From assembly GCF_009914755.1 (NCBI RefSeq), contig NC_060928.1: a DNA stretch of 64,000 bases; one strand, 5' to 3'. The first letter of the stretch is position 1. Every line of letters begins with the position of its first letter. The stretch comes from the human T2T-CHM13v2.0 reference genome, Homo sapiens. Both the position numbers and the translations under genes were made by a program. The notes below the pieces were generated by a model that had not been told where the DNA came from, ran no database searches, and was given only the letters and a program-made list of their open reading frames with translations. Of this stretch, positions 42,949 through 55,365 are shown in pieces.

Positions 42949-43427
42949 GAGACTTACAGTGGTGGGCTGAGTATTTAAACAAAATGTGTAGCTAATAAAA
43001 ATCGATTTACTTTTTGGAAATAGAGTAAAAATGGTTAAAGGAGAGTGCTCTGGCAGTATCCTGAAGATAGATGTCAAAGTGCAACATGCCTGAGACATTT
43101 AGTTCTGATAGATTTATTAAATAAATTCTGATAGATTTATTAAATTTTTATTCATTAAGTTCTGATAGATATATTAAATACATTTTTTATTATAAAATCC
43201 TTAAAAAGAATGGAGTAATGTTGACATGAATTAAGATCACTTATCTCAGAAACGATGTGAGATGGTATAAGAAATTTCAATAACGTTGGTAATTAGGGAT
43301 GCGACTTAAGAAAAAAGAAGAAAAGGTAAACAAATTATCCCATCCTGAGCGTCAGGAAGAATGACAGGAAGAAAGCAGTCCAGAAGACAATTCTGGTTTT
43401 GAATGATACATTCATAAGTAAAAGTTA

Positions 43428-43915
43428 GTATAATAGTTTCTTATGGATGATGTAAAAGTTACTATGGTTTAAAACCATGCAAATTTATTATTTTATAGTT
43501 TCTGGAGATCAAATGTACAAAGCACAACTAGGCTAGAATCAAGGCTGTATTTCTTCAGGAGGCTTTAGTAGATCATCTGTTTTCTTGCCTTTTCCAGCTG
43601 GCACTGGTGTCCAAATTCCTTGGTTAAAAATTACCTTTTTCCATCTTCAAAATCAGGAACAGTAGTTTGAGTTATCACATCCACTTATCTTGACCTTCTC
43701 TTCTTCCTTCCTCTTCTAATTTAAAATACTTCTTTATGATTATATTGAGTGCCCCTGGATAATTCCAGATACTCTTCTCATCATAAACTTAGCTGATTAA
43801 CAACCTTAAATTTATCTGAAATTATAATTTTCCTTTGCCATATGACATAACATATTCATAGCTTCATAGGATTAGGATGTAAAAATCTTTGTATGTCTAT
43901 TATTATGCCTACCAC
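43428..43915 (-). mobile_element. MLT1D MaLR LTR
   Basis: TTTTCTTGCCTTTTCCAGC; AGCTGATTAACAACCTTAA; ATTAGGATG; TGCCTACCACA end. Confidence 0.78.
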
Positions 43916-43937
43916 ACATGGATAGAGAAAAGAAGCT

Positions 43938-44291
<354 letters not shown>

Positions 44292-45579
44292 TTATTTCAC
44301 TTATTTGGTTTATTTAATGAAATTCCCTTTTACTAATATATCCCTGTAGCACTCTTTCATTCTCACTCAGTTTTACTCTACATTAGTCTACCCGACTTGT
44401 TTTGCTCCACCTTAATAGATATTACACATTTTCCCAAAATAAATTATTATAATGTTATTCCCTTAATATTAAAAACAAATTAAAAAATAATTTGCAGTCT
44501 AATTATTGAGTACTGAATAAAATATAAATTTCAACTCTCTTGTTCAATATTCTTCATCACACAATCTTTTACTTTTAGTTCTTCTCAAAGACTCCTTACA
44601 TCAGCCAGAAAAAATATGTGAAAAGTTCTATATCTGATTCAGAATCTTTTCTTTACCTTTTTTTTTTAATATATAGGTGTTGGAACTACAAGTTTATATT
44701 GTGTCAACACAGGAATATTTTTGTGCATCATTAAGGGTAAAGCATTCTACTGTTGCGTAAGGTTTGTGAGTACCACAGATGTCAGCAGGTGAATTTTTAA
44801 TGGTTTTTTTTTTTTTTACATATCCACAACTCTCCACACAAAGATAAGAGTGCCTCATTAACATTTATTGTTTCTGCAAGGTCAAAAAGAGAATGCAGTC
44901 AACTCAAATTATGGTTGTTGTAGACTAGCAATGTGTTACTAGACAACTCCTAACACCCACAGTTTTTTTATTTTGACAATTTTAAATTGAAATGAGAACA
45001 ATGCCCATATCCCTGGTCTCCAAAAGCATTTAGTTTAAAAAAAATTGAAATGTCAATACCTTGCATTCATTTTAAGGAAAAATCAAGAATATCTTTGTCA
45101 TCAAAATTATTTCTCGACTCTATTGTTCATACTATTGCTGAACTAGAGAAAAATATTGTACAGTAGGTTTTAGGGGATTCATTCTTACTTATTAGGCCTT
45201 TCTGGTCAAGAACTAAAACTTTGCTTTTTAATTATCTGGGAAAATATATAAAATAGTGTTGTGATACAGAGGGGTCTCAGAAAATTCCTTCAGGGGATAC
45301 CAAGCAATCACGGATCATAGGGCCAAGAACTAAAATAAATCAAGAGAAGAATTTATCTCATAATCTAATTTTAATGTTTTTTTTTCCTTCTTCTCATTCC
45401 TATGAATAATTCTCCTTTTCCTCTCCTATTCTCTCATCTTTTCTCTTCTTCTCTCTCTGTTTTCTTACTTCTAAAATTCTCAAAAGCACAGACTCTTAAC
45501 CCTATTCAGAATCCCCAAGGTCTCATCTCAAGTGTATTCAATAGTAGCTCCAGATCCACATTATAGCAATGACCTTGAA

Positions 45580-45850
45580 CTGTTCATTCAATACTTTTGT
45601 GCACCTATTACATGCTCGTCACTGTTGAAGAATTTTAATATACATCAATGATGTTAAAAGAGAATCTTGGTTTTATATATCTTATAATTTATTGGAAAGA
45701 GGCAATAAACAATAGACAACGACTAGTAAATTACATACCGTGTTAGGAAATAATGAGCACTATTAAAAAAAAACACGTTAGAGAAGGCTGGACTGGCCAG
45801 AAATGTGTTTAGAAGTAAGTTGCAATTTTAAGTCAAATAATCAGGGAAAT
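45580..45850 (-). mobile_element. L2a 3' fragment
   Basis: TTCATTCAATACTTTTGTGCACCTATTACATGC...TGCAATTTTAA...TCAGGGAA. Confidence 0.6.
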
Positions 45851-45859
45851 CATATTTTA

Positions 45860-48800
45860 TTGGCAATGTTATTGTGTGCTCCTTGGCTACAATTTTCAGA
45901 GAGTTAAGTTGTAACTCATCTACCTCAGGTGAGATACAACTCCATTTCATACTCAGATAGTCGGATAGTTTCTATGACATTTTACAAGTAGTCATGCCCC
46001 ATCTATATAGCTGTAAATTATGAGTTTATTTACCATAAAAATACAAACCCAGAGACGTTCTCATAATAGTATTTCTTAGATTAGACCTCTCTCCTATTCA
46101 AATATCATGCGTCTATTTAGGAAGAGTTTTCAAATTATTTAAAAGGGGATTATATGGGGTCACATTCTTCTTTTTTCCCTAGGAACTTCTCCTGGATAAG
46201 AATCACGGTGTAGCTGTTTAATTTGTGGCTACTCAGGGTACATAAGCCATGCTGTACAGTATTCTCCACCGTATCTGATTTATAGGTAAATATTACTTTC
46301 AGGTCAAGTGAAAAATTACCAGAATAGTAGGCATAACCTAAGAACCATGAACAGACAAATAGTCAGCTCCCCATAAACGGAGTCACTAGGGGATACTGTT
46401 TCACATCTTTTGTTCAGATTATATGAGTAGAGGATTTAGAAAGAGTTTATAAACCAGCAGAACAATCTTTCTACAGAGAAATCGATATGGAAGTTTCTTC
46501 TAATACCAGTCATTAGTAAATGACTGATCTGAAAGAGATAGCTAAGAATAATATTCTCTTGCTCTGACCTAGTCACATGGAATTATCCTGATGGCATCTC
46601 TCCCTGGGGATTGAAATCTACTTACAGGCATCTCTGCCGTCTGCTCTGATGTTTGCCTGTTTCTTTATATTTTCCATTTGACCCTCACCATTGCCTGCCT
46701 TTTTCAGGCTCTCTGATTTGTCAGATGTACTATCTACCCACAAAGCTGGTAATAAGAAGAAATGTATTAATTATTTTACATGACTCTATACCTGAGCAGG
46801 TATCATAGAGTTTAACTGTCTCTGTCACATGATAATGGACCTGTATTCACAGTCCCAACTTGGCTATATGGGATGAAATTATTATCCTTCTCAAGTAGTG
46901 TTAAAAATATATATTGTTAAGACCAATTATACTGCATCATCTGCATTATGAGTACTCTATGAGTACTCACAAACTTAAATGTTGCCCAAGTCCACTGTTA
47001 AGGCAAAACAAAAAAAAAATCACTCTGAGGTGGAAAAAGATTCAGTTGTATATTTGCATTTTTCCTACTTCTTTATTCACACTTTCTAATCCCAGAAATC
47101 TTTCCAGGGTAGTACTCTACCTATATATATTTCTTCCATATTCAATTTAGAATAGTTGAATTAACTACATCTTTTATTTCACGTATTTTAAGTGACAGTT
47201 CATTTGCTCTATGGATGGAGAAGGGATAAAGAATGCCCATTTAATAATGTTTCATTGTTCATTTCTGTCCTTGGGTTGCAGTAAATGTATATCCTGATCA
47301 GAAGAAATATATTTTGGGTGAGAAGGCTGAATTAATAATGTGCAATTATAAACCCTTAATTATATTTGCAAGGTTGCCTCTGTTACTGGATAAGTGACAT
47401 CTAGAGTATATTAGGGGTCAATCTTGGTTAATACCCACTTATAGCCACATGGGACTACCATTAATGATCTGATGTAATCCATTTGCTGGCTATTCACTGG
47501 CCTATATCCTTGGAGAATTTTATCCACCTCCATTTCCAAATGATTCTTATCCTGTTAACATTGAGTGCATTCTTTATATTAGCCATTTCATTCAGGACAA
47601 GAGGAATTAGTTATGTCCATGACCATTAGTGCATGTCCAATTATTAGTGCATATCCAATTATTTCATGAATACAGTAACTACTCTAGGAATCTGATTTAG
47701 ACACCAACATTAGTGTTCCAATCTCTGTCCAAGCTGGGAAGTGGATTATGTTTATTTTTATTTTTCTACATTTTGGTACTATTATCAGGTATCTCCATTA
47801 CTTACTTTATTCCTTCCTCTAATTACTCAGAGAAACCTTATGTGGGGTTTCTTTTTTGTCCTATTACAGACGTTCTTTTGCCCGATAATATAGCAAGTCT
47901 ATTGGCTTCAGCCCAAGAGTTGTAAAAATTCAAATAATCTCCTAAAAATGAGATCTTACTGTTATTTTTTCTATTATTAAACAGCTTGTATCTCTGCCTC
48001 CTGAACTATCATTCCTTTACCTTCTTCCAGCAAGTATTACTGCATGCAATCAGAATGCTGCTGGTTTCAAAAGTACAACCAAGTCTTTAATTCAAACAAC
48101 CCCATCTGTGAACTAGGGAGCTGCTTTTACCTTGGATAGAAGAAAATTATATAATTCAGACCTACAGCAGTGGCAGTGTGTAGGTCCTCTTAGGGCTCAA
48201 CAGTTGGCCCTATGGGCAGTGAATCTATCTTCTCAAGCATGCAATTTACTACTCTTGAAATTCATTCTTTAGCATGCCCTTGAATATACTATTTCCATAT
48301 TGTGAGTGAGCTTTAATGTGCTGCTCCTTGACTATTTGAACATCTCTCTAATATCACCCAAGATATAATTGAAAATTCTGTCCTAAGAATTATCTAATAC
48401 TCTTCCGTGTTTATGGGTGTGGAGAGTTTTGACCAATGCTCAGTAACAAGCTAGCAATTGTCTTTCAAATGAAAAATTTCATGTTTAAAGCTCAAGAGTA
48501 GCACTATTTTGCCAAAGTCTAGTCTCCCAGTGTAAATACATTCTGAATGCAGATATTTCTAAAATTATCTGAGCTGCTAGATCTCAAGGTCCCAGTGAGG
48601 CTGCCTGTACCACTACATCTGTCAATTACTTCATGATTGTTTCTGCCCCACTTTGTTACAGATTTCTTTCCAATGACCTTGTAAATAGGGTTCAGTAGGA
48701 TTCCTGTCTGAGGAATATTATTTTGCCAAAACCAGAGTAATCTGCTAGCCTCTGAGCTTCTTATTTATTCACAGTGCCTATGAGAGGTAGCAACTTATTT

Positions 48801-49190
48801 CTCACAATTTGAAGACCATTTTTGGTTGCTTAATATCAATTTATTCCCAGGGATTTCACAGATTAGGCTGAGCATTGAACTTACCATAAGCCTCTATTAG
48901 TCACATGAGTGACTAAGGTACCTAACTTTTCATGAGCGTCTTTCTCTGAAGAGACAACTATCATAGTATTGTGAATATAATGTATACCAAGTCCAAGCCC
49001 TGCCTCCTAGATTTTGACAATATGCAGATGCATTCAATAGCTCTGTAGGAGAACAGTGAATTTGTAATAATTTTCATTCAATAGGAATGCAATCTCTGCC
49101 TGGTCACGTTCCAAGATTGAGATTAAAAAGAGTATGATAGATCCAAGGTTGTAATATCCACAAATATTTTGATTATAACTTCAATATATC
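45860..49190 (-). mobile_element. Highly decayed class III (ERV-L-related) provirus internal region: RT, RNase H, integrase, probable dUTPase-like remnant
   Basis: Minus-strand motifs across frameshifts: LDLSYSF, YKFTVLLQSY, HYIHN (YIDD site), FWQNNIPQTGILLNPIYKV, SWAEANRLAILSG, ECTQC, QMDYI...GYKWVLTKID, YISSDQ. The left boundary is uncertain. Confidence 0.8.
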
Positions 49191-49910
49191 TTCCACTCAA
49201 GAGAAAGTAATGTAGTTGTTCAACAGTGGAACAGGAGGTTTGGTAGAATATCTTTAATGAAAATGAAGAAGTCAAACAAAAGCGTCTATATGGATTGAAA
49301 AATAAAATAAATGTTTTAAAAACTAGTAGCTCCATAAAAATGTAGCCCAGGGAGATTTTTAAAGAAAACTTATCTTCAATGAAAAATAATTATGTCTTAT
49401 TCATTTCTGCAACTTCAGGCCCTAGCGCAATATCTTGCATATATTTAGCACTTAAAGAATATACTTTCATTAGTTTAAACAACATAATATTTTAAACAAC
49501 CTAATTTTGTAGTTGACATTAGAGTTGGGAGTAGGGGCCAGGGAGAGGCAGGAAGAAGAAAATCACAAAACCTTATGCCACTTCAACAGTCTACATTTTA
49601 TAGAATCTTTCTACTTAACCATTCTATCTCTCATGAATACTTAAGCACAGCTCCTTCTGTTCTGAGCAATAACAGTGGTTGATGTACTAATAAAGATGTA
49701 CTGAGCTGTATAAAACTGAAGTTGAGTTGTCAAACTGAAGAGCACATACCCACTGCTGTCTCCTGTGTACTCAGGATTTAAACTATGTTCTGTCCACAGC
49801 AAAACAATCTTCAAAAGGAATATATCACCATACTGGGAAAAAAACATTGTATTTCTGGCTTGTTGGTGTCATTTCATTACTGAAGCATAAAGTCTCAAAC
49901 TTTCCCACCT

Positions 49911-50110
49911 TTTTCCTTTCTTTCTCTTTCTTTCTTTCTCTTTCCTTCCTTCCTTCTTTCCTTCCTTCCTTCCTTCCTTCTTTCCTTCCTTCCTTCCCTC
50001 CTCCTTCCCTCCCTCCTTCCTTTCTTCCCTTCCTTCCTTCCTCCCTTCCTTCCTTCTTTACATTTTTTGTTTCTTTCTGTCTTTCATTTCTTCATCTTTT
50101 TTTTCTTTCC
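49911..50110. repeat. (CTTT)n/(CCTT)n polypyrimidine tract
   Basis: Direct reading. Confidence 0.92.
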
Positions 50111-50119
50111 ACTTCTATT

Positions 50120-50446
50120 CAGTGGCTCACACCTGTAATCTCAGCACTTTGGGAAGCCAAGGCAGGCAGATCACGAGGTCAGGAGTTCGAGACCAACCTG
50201 GCCAACATAGTGAAACCCTGTCTCTACTAAAAATACAAAAAAAAAAAAGTTAGCTGGGCTTGGTGGCAGGCACCTGTATGTAATCCCAGCTACTCGGAGG
50301 CTAAGATAGAAGAATCGCTTGAACCTGGCAGGCAGAGGTTGCAGTTAGCTGAGATTCCGCCACTGCACTCCAGCCCAGGCAACAGTGTGAGACTCTGTCT
50401 CAAAACAAAACAAAACAAAACAACAAAACAAACAAACAAACAAAAA
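50120..50446 (+). mobile_element. AluSg-like, slightly 5'-truncated, (CAAAA)n tail
   Basis: GATCACGAGGTCAGGAGTTCGAGACC. Confidence 0.92.
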
Positions 50447-51004
50447 CCTGAAGTGAATAGTAAAATTTTGAAAATTATTTTCTCTAAACTTTGCAGCAAA
50501 CTTTTACTCATAGTTGCCATAATACTAATATTAAACTATACTAATTTATTAGTGATATCCTAGAAATAATAAACAAAATCTATTCTATGTTATATTACAT
50601 GTAAATTGCACTTAAATTTTGTGACTGTATTTATAAATGTATACATACATACATTTACATACATACATACATAAAATCACACAGTATGTGGATGTATATA
50701 TTTAATCCCATGTTCAGGTTGTATATAGACTCAGAATAGAAAAAGACATACTCAAATCTTTTTTTGGTAAGATAACACTGTTAATTCAATTATTCTTTTT
50801 GAATTTTAGTCAGTTTAAAAATGGAGTACTTCTAAGATTTCATTTTATTGTAGTTCATGAAAATCTTACTTTGAGAAGAGAAGGTGGCTTCATCATAACA
50901 ATTTGATGTAAATTGGATGAATTCAGACCAATGAAGAAAAGAAGAGACAGATATAAAGTTTAAGGAAAACTTCGCCTTCTCTTAGGTTGGTTTCTGGAAG
51001 TAGA

Positions 51005-52440
51005 GCCTGTTGAATTTTCAGAGTCTTTTGTATATTTTGTTACAATTCCTCATTTAGATATGTGTTTTGCAAATATTTTCTCTCAGTCTGGGACATGTCT
51101 TTCCATTGTGTTAATATTGTCTTCTGCTGAGCAGAAGTTTTCAATTTTAATAAAACTCAACATACCAATTCATTCTTTCATCGTTCATGCTTCTGGTATT
51201 ATATCTAGAAACTTACTATCATGTTCAAAGTCACTTAGATATTCTCCTATGTTTTCTTTTAGAAGTTCTATAATTTTGCATTTAAATTTCGGTCTATGAT
51301 CTATTTTGGGTTAATTTTTATGAAAGGTAAAAAGACTTTGTCCATATATATATTTTTGCCCATATATATACGTTTTTGCCTATATGGATGTAAATTTTTT
51401 CTAGTACCATTTGTTGAACTAGTTATCCTTCATTTAATTGCTATAGCTACTTGTTTTGTCAATGATCAGCAAACTATATTTGTAGGGGTCTATTTTTGAG
51501 TTTGTTATTCTGTTCTATTGATCTATGTATCTATTATTTTGCCAACGCCGCATTACTTATGACTGTAGTTGTTTTGAAGTCAGGTGGAATCTCCAAGTTT
51601 GTTATTTAGCTTTAATATTGTTGGCTACACTGGCCTTTTACTTCCCATGTAAACTTTAGAATCAGTTTGGTGATATTTACAAAATGGTTTGCTGTGCTTT
51701 CTATGGGGATTGTGTTGAACCTATGGGTAAGAATGAGAATAAATATGTTGGCGTCTTAAAAATATTGAGCCTTGCAATTCATGAAGAGAAAGTCTTCATT
51801 TATTTAAAACTTTTATTTCTTTCTTCAGTTTTTTTGTAGTTTGTATTCTTTACTTATTTTGTTAAATTTATACCTAAGTATTAAATTTTTGATGCTATTG
51901 TAAATGATATTGTTTTTAATTTCATATTTTATTTTTAATTCTAGTACACAGAAAAGCAATTGACTTTTCTGTAGCAACCTTGTATTCTATACTTTTACTA
52001 TAATTACTTATTATTTACAGAAATTTTTTGTTTGTGTGTTTGTCTTTTCTGATTCTTTGGGAATTTATACATAAGCAGTGATGTCAGTTTTTTTAAAAAG
52101 AAATACAATTCTACTTCATGTACATTTTTTCTTTTTCTTTTTTACCCCATTGCACTCGCTAAAACTTCCAGTACAATTTTGACTAGAAGCTGTGAGAGAA
52201 GACATTCTTACCTTATTCCCAATCTAATGAAGAAAGAGTTCAAATTTTTATGATTAAGGATAATGTTAGCTGTAGATTTTTTGTAGGTTTTCATTTGTTC
52301 ATTTGTTCTTTTATCAAACTGAAGAAGTTCTGCTGAGAGCTTTCATTTGTTCTTCTATCAAATTAAGTCAGCTGAGAGCTTTATATCTTAAATGGGTGTT
52401 AGATTTTTTGAAAAAAACTACACTTATTAATATGATCATG
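51005..52440 (-). mobile_element. L1MC/MD-type ORF2 fragment
   Basis: TTTGCAAATATTTTCTC, GAGCAGAAGTTTT, AAACTTTAGAATCAGTTTG, ACTTCCAGTACAAT. Confidence 0.8.
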
Positions 52441-53115
52441 ACAATTTTAATACCTGAATAATTTGAGTATACATTCACAACAGATGCCAGATGCTGATCA
52501 GGAAAATTATGTTCTACACAGGAGTTTTTTGTGTGGAAGAAAATGAATTGGCAGAGAAGGTGAAACATAAAAAGAAAAACTAAAACTGCTTTTGTTTGTC
52601 GATTCAAGAGTCCAGCTGTTTCTACAGATGACTTCACAGATTACCAATATATAACTTTCTTTTATTTTTATAAAATATATTTTCTTCCTAATCTCTACTA
52701 TCAGTAATTACAAATCTCTCTGGAAAAATGTTACCCAATACTGTAAACCCATAAACTTATACTTTCACATTCAAAACAATAATGAATACCACCCAAAAGT
52801 CTTTTAAAATTTGACATGTGAAAATAAGACTTGAAATCTACATTTTGCTAATCAGTAGTGAAACTGACATTCATTCTGTTATATTCTGATTGAGTTAATT
52901 ACTTTTGAATTTTCCTTTGTGGTGGCTGTTTTCGTAGTTATGTCTGATAGGTCAAATGCTAAGGACATTAACTCCTTGCTACTCATATGTAATATACATG
53001 GTTATAAAATTTGTCACCTTTTAATTAATTATTTTGAATATTTATGGTATTAATTCTAAATCATTGTTTAGTGATTTTAATTCTTCTGGCTTTATTTGTA
53101 AGAAGGTAAGAAGGG

Positions 53116-53853
53116 AGACTCAATTTTTTAAAAAAATTACTGAATATGACCTAATTTATCAAAAATTAGTTTTCCATAAACCTTATATGACATATACATT
53201 ATATAGCATATAATTTATATAGCACGGACTTTATATAGCCTAAAGTATATACTATAAAATGTATATGTATATGCTATATAATGTATATATAATGTGTATA
53301 TATATGCTATATATGTATAGGCATATATGTAATGTATATGTATATGCTATATAATGCATATATTAGGTATATGTATATGTTATATAATATATATAACATA
53401 TATGTATACACTATGTAATGTATATAGTATGCATACACTATGTAATGTATATATTATGTATATGTATACAGTATATAATGTGTATATAATGTATATGTAT
53501 ATGCTATATAATGTATGTACATGTATAATGTATATTCATATGCTATACAATGTATATATAAAAGTATATGCATATGCTATACACTGTATATACACATAAT
53601 GTATGTGTTTATGCTATATGATGTATATACATATGTATGTTTATGTTATATAAATGTATATGCTATATAATTTATAGCATAAATATAGCTATATAATGTA
53701 TAGCTCTATATTTTATAATATTATATATTAAATGCTATATTTAATATAACATATTAAATAACATAATTTATGCTATATAAACTTTGTGGAAAAGAAAAAT
53801 AATGTTTGATAAATACTGGTAATATTCAGTAATTTTTTTAAAAAATTGAGTCT
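53116..53853. repeat. Inverted-repeat-flanked TA-rich minisatellite (fold-back structure)
   Basis: 53116-53147 is the exact reverse complement of 53822-53853; core of TATATGCTATATAATG-type units. Confidence 0.9.
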
Positions 53854-54823
53854 AAAATGTTCTTTAATAGTTAAAACAACGATTTTGTTCTTTGGAACTT
53901 TTCCAACTTTAATATACTATTCCTCTGGCTTATCTTTTCTTGTCTGAATTCCTAAATAGTTTTAATTATTGTAGGTTATAATACATTTTTTCTGTTAATG
54001 TAACAAAGCCCTCATTATAAAACTTACAAAATATATTGAATATCTCCATAGGAAGATTCCAATATTTTCCAAATTCTATGAAAATACACCAAAGAAATAA
54101 TTTTAGAAGTACAATGGGGCAAGTAATGTGTGTGAGTAGAGGAAGTTGAGGAACTTTGTGAAATAGGAAAGCATAATTAACATAAATTGAACTTATTAGT
54201 TAAATATGCTGAATTGATTGTAGACAATTGATAAAACAGAAGAATGTAGCCCTAAAATATATATAAGAATTGAATGTATGCTGAGTAGCATTCTCATATA
54301 AGTAGGCAATATATTGTTTACTAATGATTTTTAAAAAATAAACTCATCAGATAACTACCCAAATTATACTCCAGATAAATTTAAAAGTTGGATGTAAAAT
54401 TAAGAGCCCAAAACAACTATAATCAAATTCTATTTATAACAATGTATCATATGTAGTTTTGGGAAAAATGTCACAAATATAGGGGACATTCAAAAATTCT
54501 TAAAGCGAAAGCACAAATTGTTACCGTTTTTAAATGTGTATATAAAATGTTCAAAGAAATAAAATTGAGATAATATTTTGAACAACTAAGAAGTAAAGAT
54601 AGATGTTAATAATGTATTTGAAAACGTTAAATGAGTAATAACAGGGATTGAAAAAACCTTGTCAATGAAATAAGCATTTCAAAAAGAACTGCATATTAGA
54701 AGAACATATAAGTAATGAGTATCATTTTCACAATACATTTGCTAAATCTTAAAAAGGGAAAAATCTTAATCACGGGAGGTTGTGATTTAATGGACCACCT
54801 TTTTGAAAATAAATTAACAATAA

Positions 54824-55365
54824 TGATAGAGTTCCAGACATGCTACCCCCAAATATGGCACCTTTGGCATTTGAGAAAACAACAGAACCAGGAAGTTCTC
54901 TCTGAGCAACTCCCAACATTCTACCCCAAGCCATAAAAGAATCCTCCAACCTTCCGCTAAAGTAGGTCATAAGAACCTCATTCCAGAGATGCTCTCTTTT
55001 TATGTAGAGAAATGTCCTTATCGCTGAAGACAGAGATACATAGAGAAAAATCTGAACAAACGGGTTTACTAAGTCTCCCCAACCTGAGTTTATTACCATC
55101 AGATCATACTCCCTTGTTCAATTATACTTCTGCATGGCTGTGCACTCTTCACCAAACCTAAGAATAAACATACATTTTTATCCTAAAGTTTCTTTGGATT
55201 AGCTATTTCTTTGAGTTTTTGTTGCTAAAAGACTTATGTTTCATGTAAAACTTACATTAAATAAATTTGTATGTTACTTTCTTGTTAATCTTTCTTTTAT
55301 CATAGGCATCTCAACATAAGCTTTGCAATGAGTGAGGAAAAGTTACTACCTTCCCTCCCCTGCTA
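54824..55365 (+). mobile_element. ERV1 MER34-group solo LTR
   Basis: GACATGCTACCCCCAAATATGGCACC; AATCTGAACAAAC; TTAAATAAATTTGTATG; GAGGAAAAG...CCTCCCCT end. Confidence 0.78.

Noticed and set aside
44675-44800. Minus-strand LLTSVVLTN...CVDTI*TCS resembling an env immunosuppressive domain and CX6CC
   Set aside because: Spacing is wrong, it needs a frameshift and contains stops, and an L2 fragment separates it from the pol relic; likely chance unless an env HMM supports it
53354-53599. 81 aa Y/M/I-rich ORF
   Set aside because: Translation of the TA-rich minisatellite core
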